Source: an uncultured Armatimonadia bacterium
Lineage (GTDB): Bacteria > Armatimonadota > Zipacnadia > CAVVLO01
Assembly: GCA_963749155.1 (NCBI GenBank)
Contig: CAVVLO010000003.1
Coordinates: 128,001 to 192,000, forward strand
Direction: 5' to 3'
DNA length: 64,000 bases
Under the pieces are notes generated by a model. The model had not been told where the DNA came from, did no database searches, and saw nothing but the letters and a program-made list of their open reading frames with translations. Positions 63,404 through 64,000 of this stretch are shown here, in pieces. Made by a program: the position numbers and the translations under genes. The first letter of the stretch is position 1; each line of letters begins with the position of its first letter.

Positions 63404-63611
63404 CTTTGCCATCCTCCCAGAAAAGCTGATCCAGTGTCATCTCGAGCGCCCGCGCAATCTTGACGCACAGGTTGAGCGTTGGGTTGTAATTGCCGCTTTC
63501 TATAAGCCCAATCGTCTGGCGAGTTACCTCAACGCGGTCGGCCAGGTCCTGTTGAGAAAGGCCATTTGCGATGCGCGCCAGTTTGAGCTTCATATTGCCA
63601 GTCGTTTTCAT
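63393..63611 (-). CDS. XRE-family helix-turn-helix regulator
   Basis: LKLARIANGLSQQDLADRVEVTRQTIGLIESGNYNPTLNLCVKIARALEMTLDQLFW. Confidence 0.93.
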   Translation of the reverse strand: MKTTGNMKLKLARIANGLSQQDLADRVEVTRQTIGLIESGNYNPTLNLCVKIARALEMTLDQLFWEDGKDGQ

Positions 63612-63656
63612 CAGCAGATTCCAGAAATCGAGATGAGTTGGGAACTCTCTGCGATC

Positions 63657-63690
63657 AATGTACAGTATATATTGCATTGTGTCAAGTATA
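63657..63690 (-). promoter_or_regulatory. sigma70 promoter with probable autoregulatory operator
   Basis: TTGACA-N17-TACATT on the minus strand; imperfect palindrome GTACAGTATATATTGC overlapping the spacer and -10. Confidence 0.7.
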
Positions 63691-63821
63691 ACCAGGTTAT
63701 TTGTTTTACTTATTTTCCAGTGAAGGCTTGGCAGAGGGGGATTCGCGAGGTGGCTGAAGGGCCAATCCTCCCTGTCATGCGGAAGAATCAGCCAAACGCC
63801 AGGAGGTGAGCAGCCAGAGGT

Positions 63822-64000
63822 TCAGTCGAGACTTAAGGCCTCGATTGAGATAATCGCAAGCTCCGCCGAGTTGTTGTTCCAGAAGGGGCGGGTACCGTCA
63901 GACTCCGCGCCGCGGCCGCCATCGTTGGAATAGCCGACATAGAGCTTGCCTTCATGCTCGATTGCGTACGGGTAGGCCAGGCGCGCTTGCGGGTGGGATT
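63822..64000 (-). CDS. C-terminus of a sialidase-like protein (truncated by window)
   Basis: Manual translation SHPQARLAYPYAIEHEGKLYVGYSNDGG...NNNSAELAIISIEALSLD*. Confidence 0.65.
   Translation of the reverse strand, partial: SHPQARLAYPYAIEHEGKLYVGYSNDGGRGAESDGTRPFWNNNSAELAIISIEALSLD

Noticed and set aside
60838..64000. Diversity-generating retroelement
   Set aside because: No reverse transcriptase and no template repeat in the window. The internal repeat covers the domain N-termini and differs mostly at synonymous sites. A remote DGR cannot be excluded.

Overview
GC-rich bacterial window of about 45 protein-coding genes. It is dominated by carbohydrate catabolism: heparinase II/III, GH95, GH29-like, GH5, GH127-like, beta-helix, sialidases, sulfatase, rhamnulokinase, a sugar isomerase and four URO-D/MtaA-family paralogs. 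It also holds envelope glycosylation genes, one tRNA-Asn(GTT), a TIR-FGE-FGE gene and an XRE regulator pair. About a third of the genes carry single-base indels, many in short homopolymers, which suggests long-read error rather than true pseudogenes. The most unusual signals are non-coding. (i) A three-copy dispersed element (11.7, 18.4, 20.0 kb) has a consensus sigma54 -24/-12 promoter followed by a conserved four-G-tract motif at the predicted start site. (ii) A fourth sigma54-like promoter precedes an ORF-free ~140-nt hairpin plus terminator, a candidate sRNA. (iii) A DUF2239 gene with an RHH-like segment and two neighbours each sit behind homologous promoter cassettes, which together carry five copies of a TTACCCAGTA operator-like motif, a candidate undescribed mini-regulon. 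No CRISPR array, integrase, transposase or reverse transcriptase was seen. All family calls come from motif recognition by eye, not database searches.
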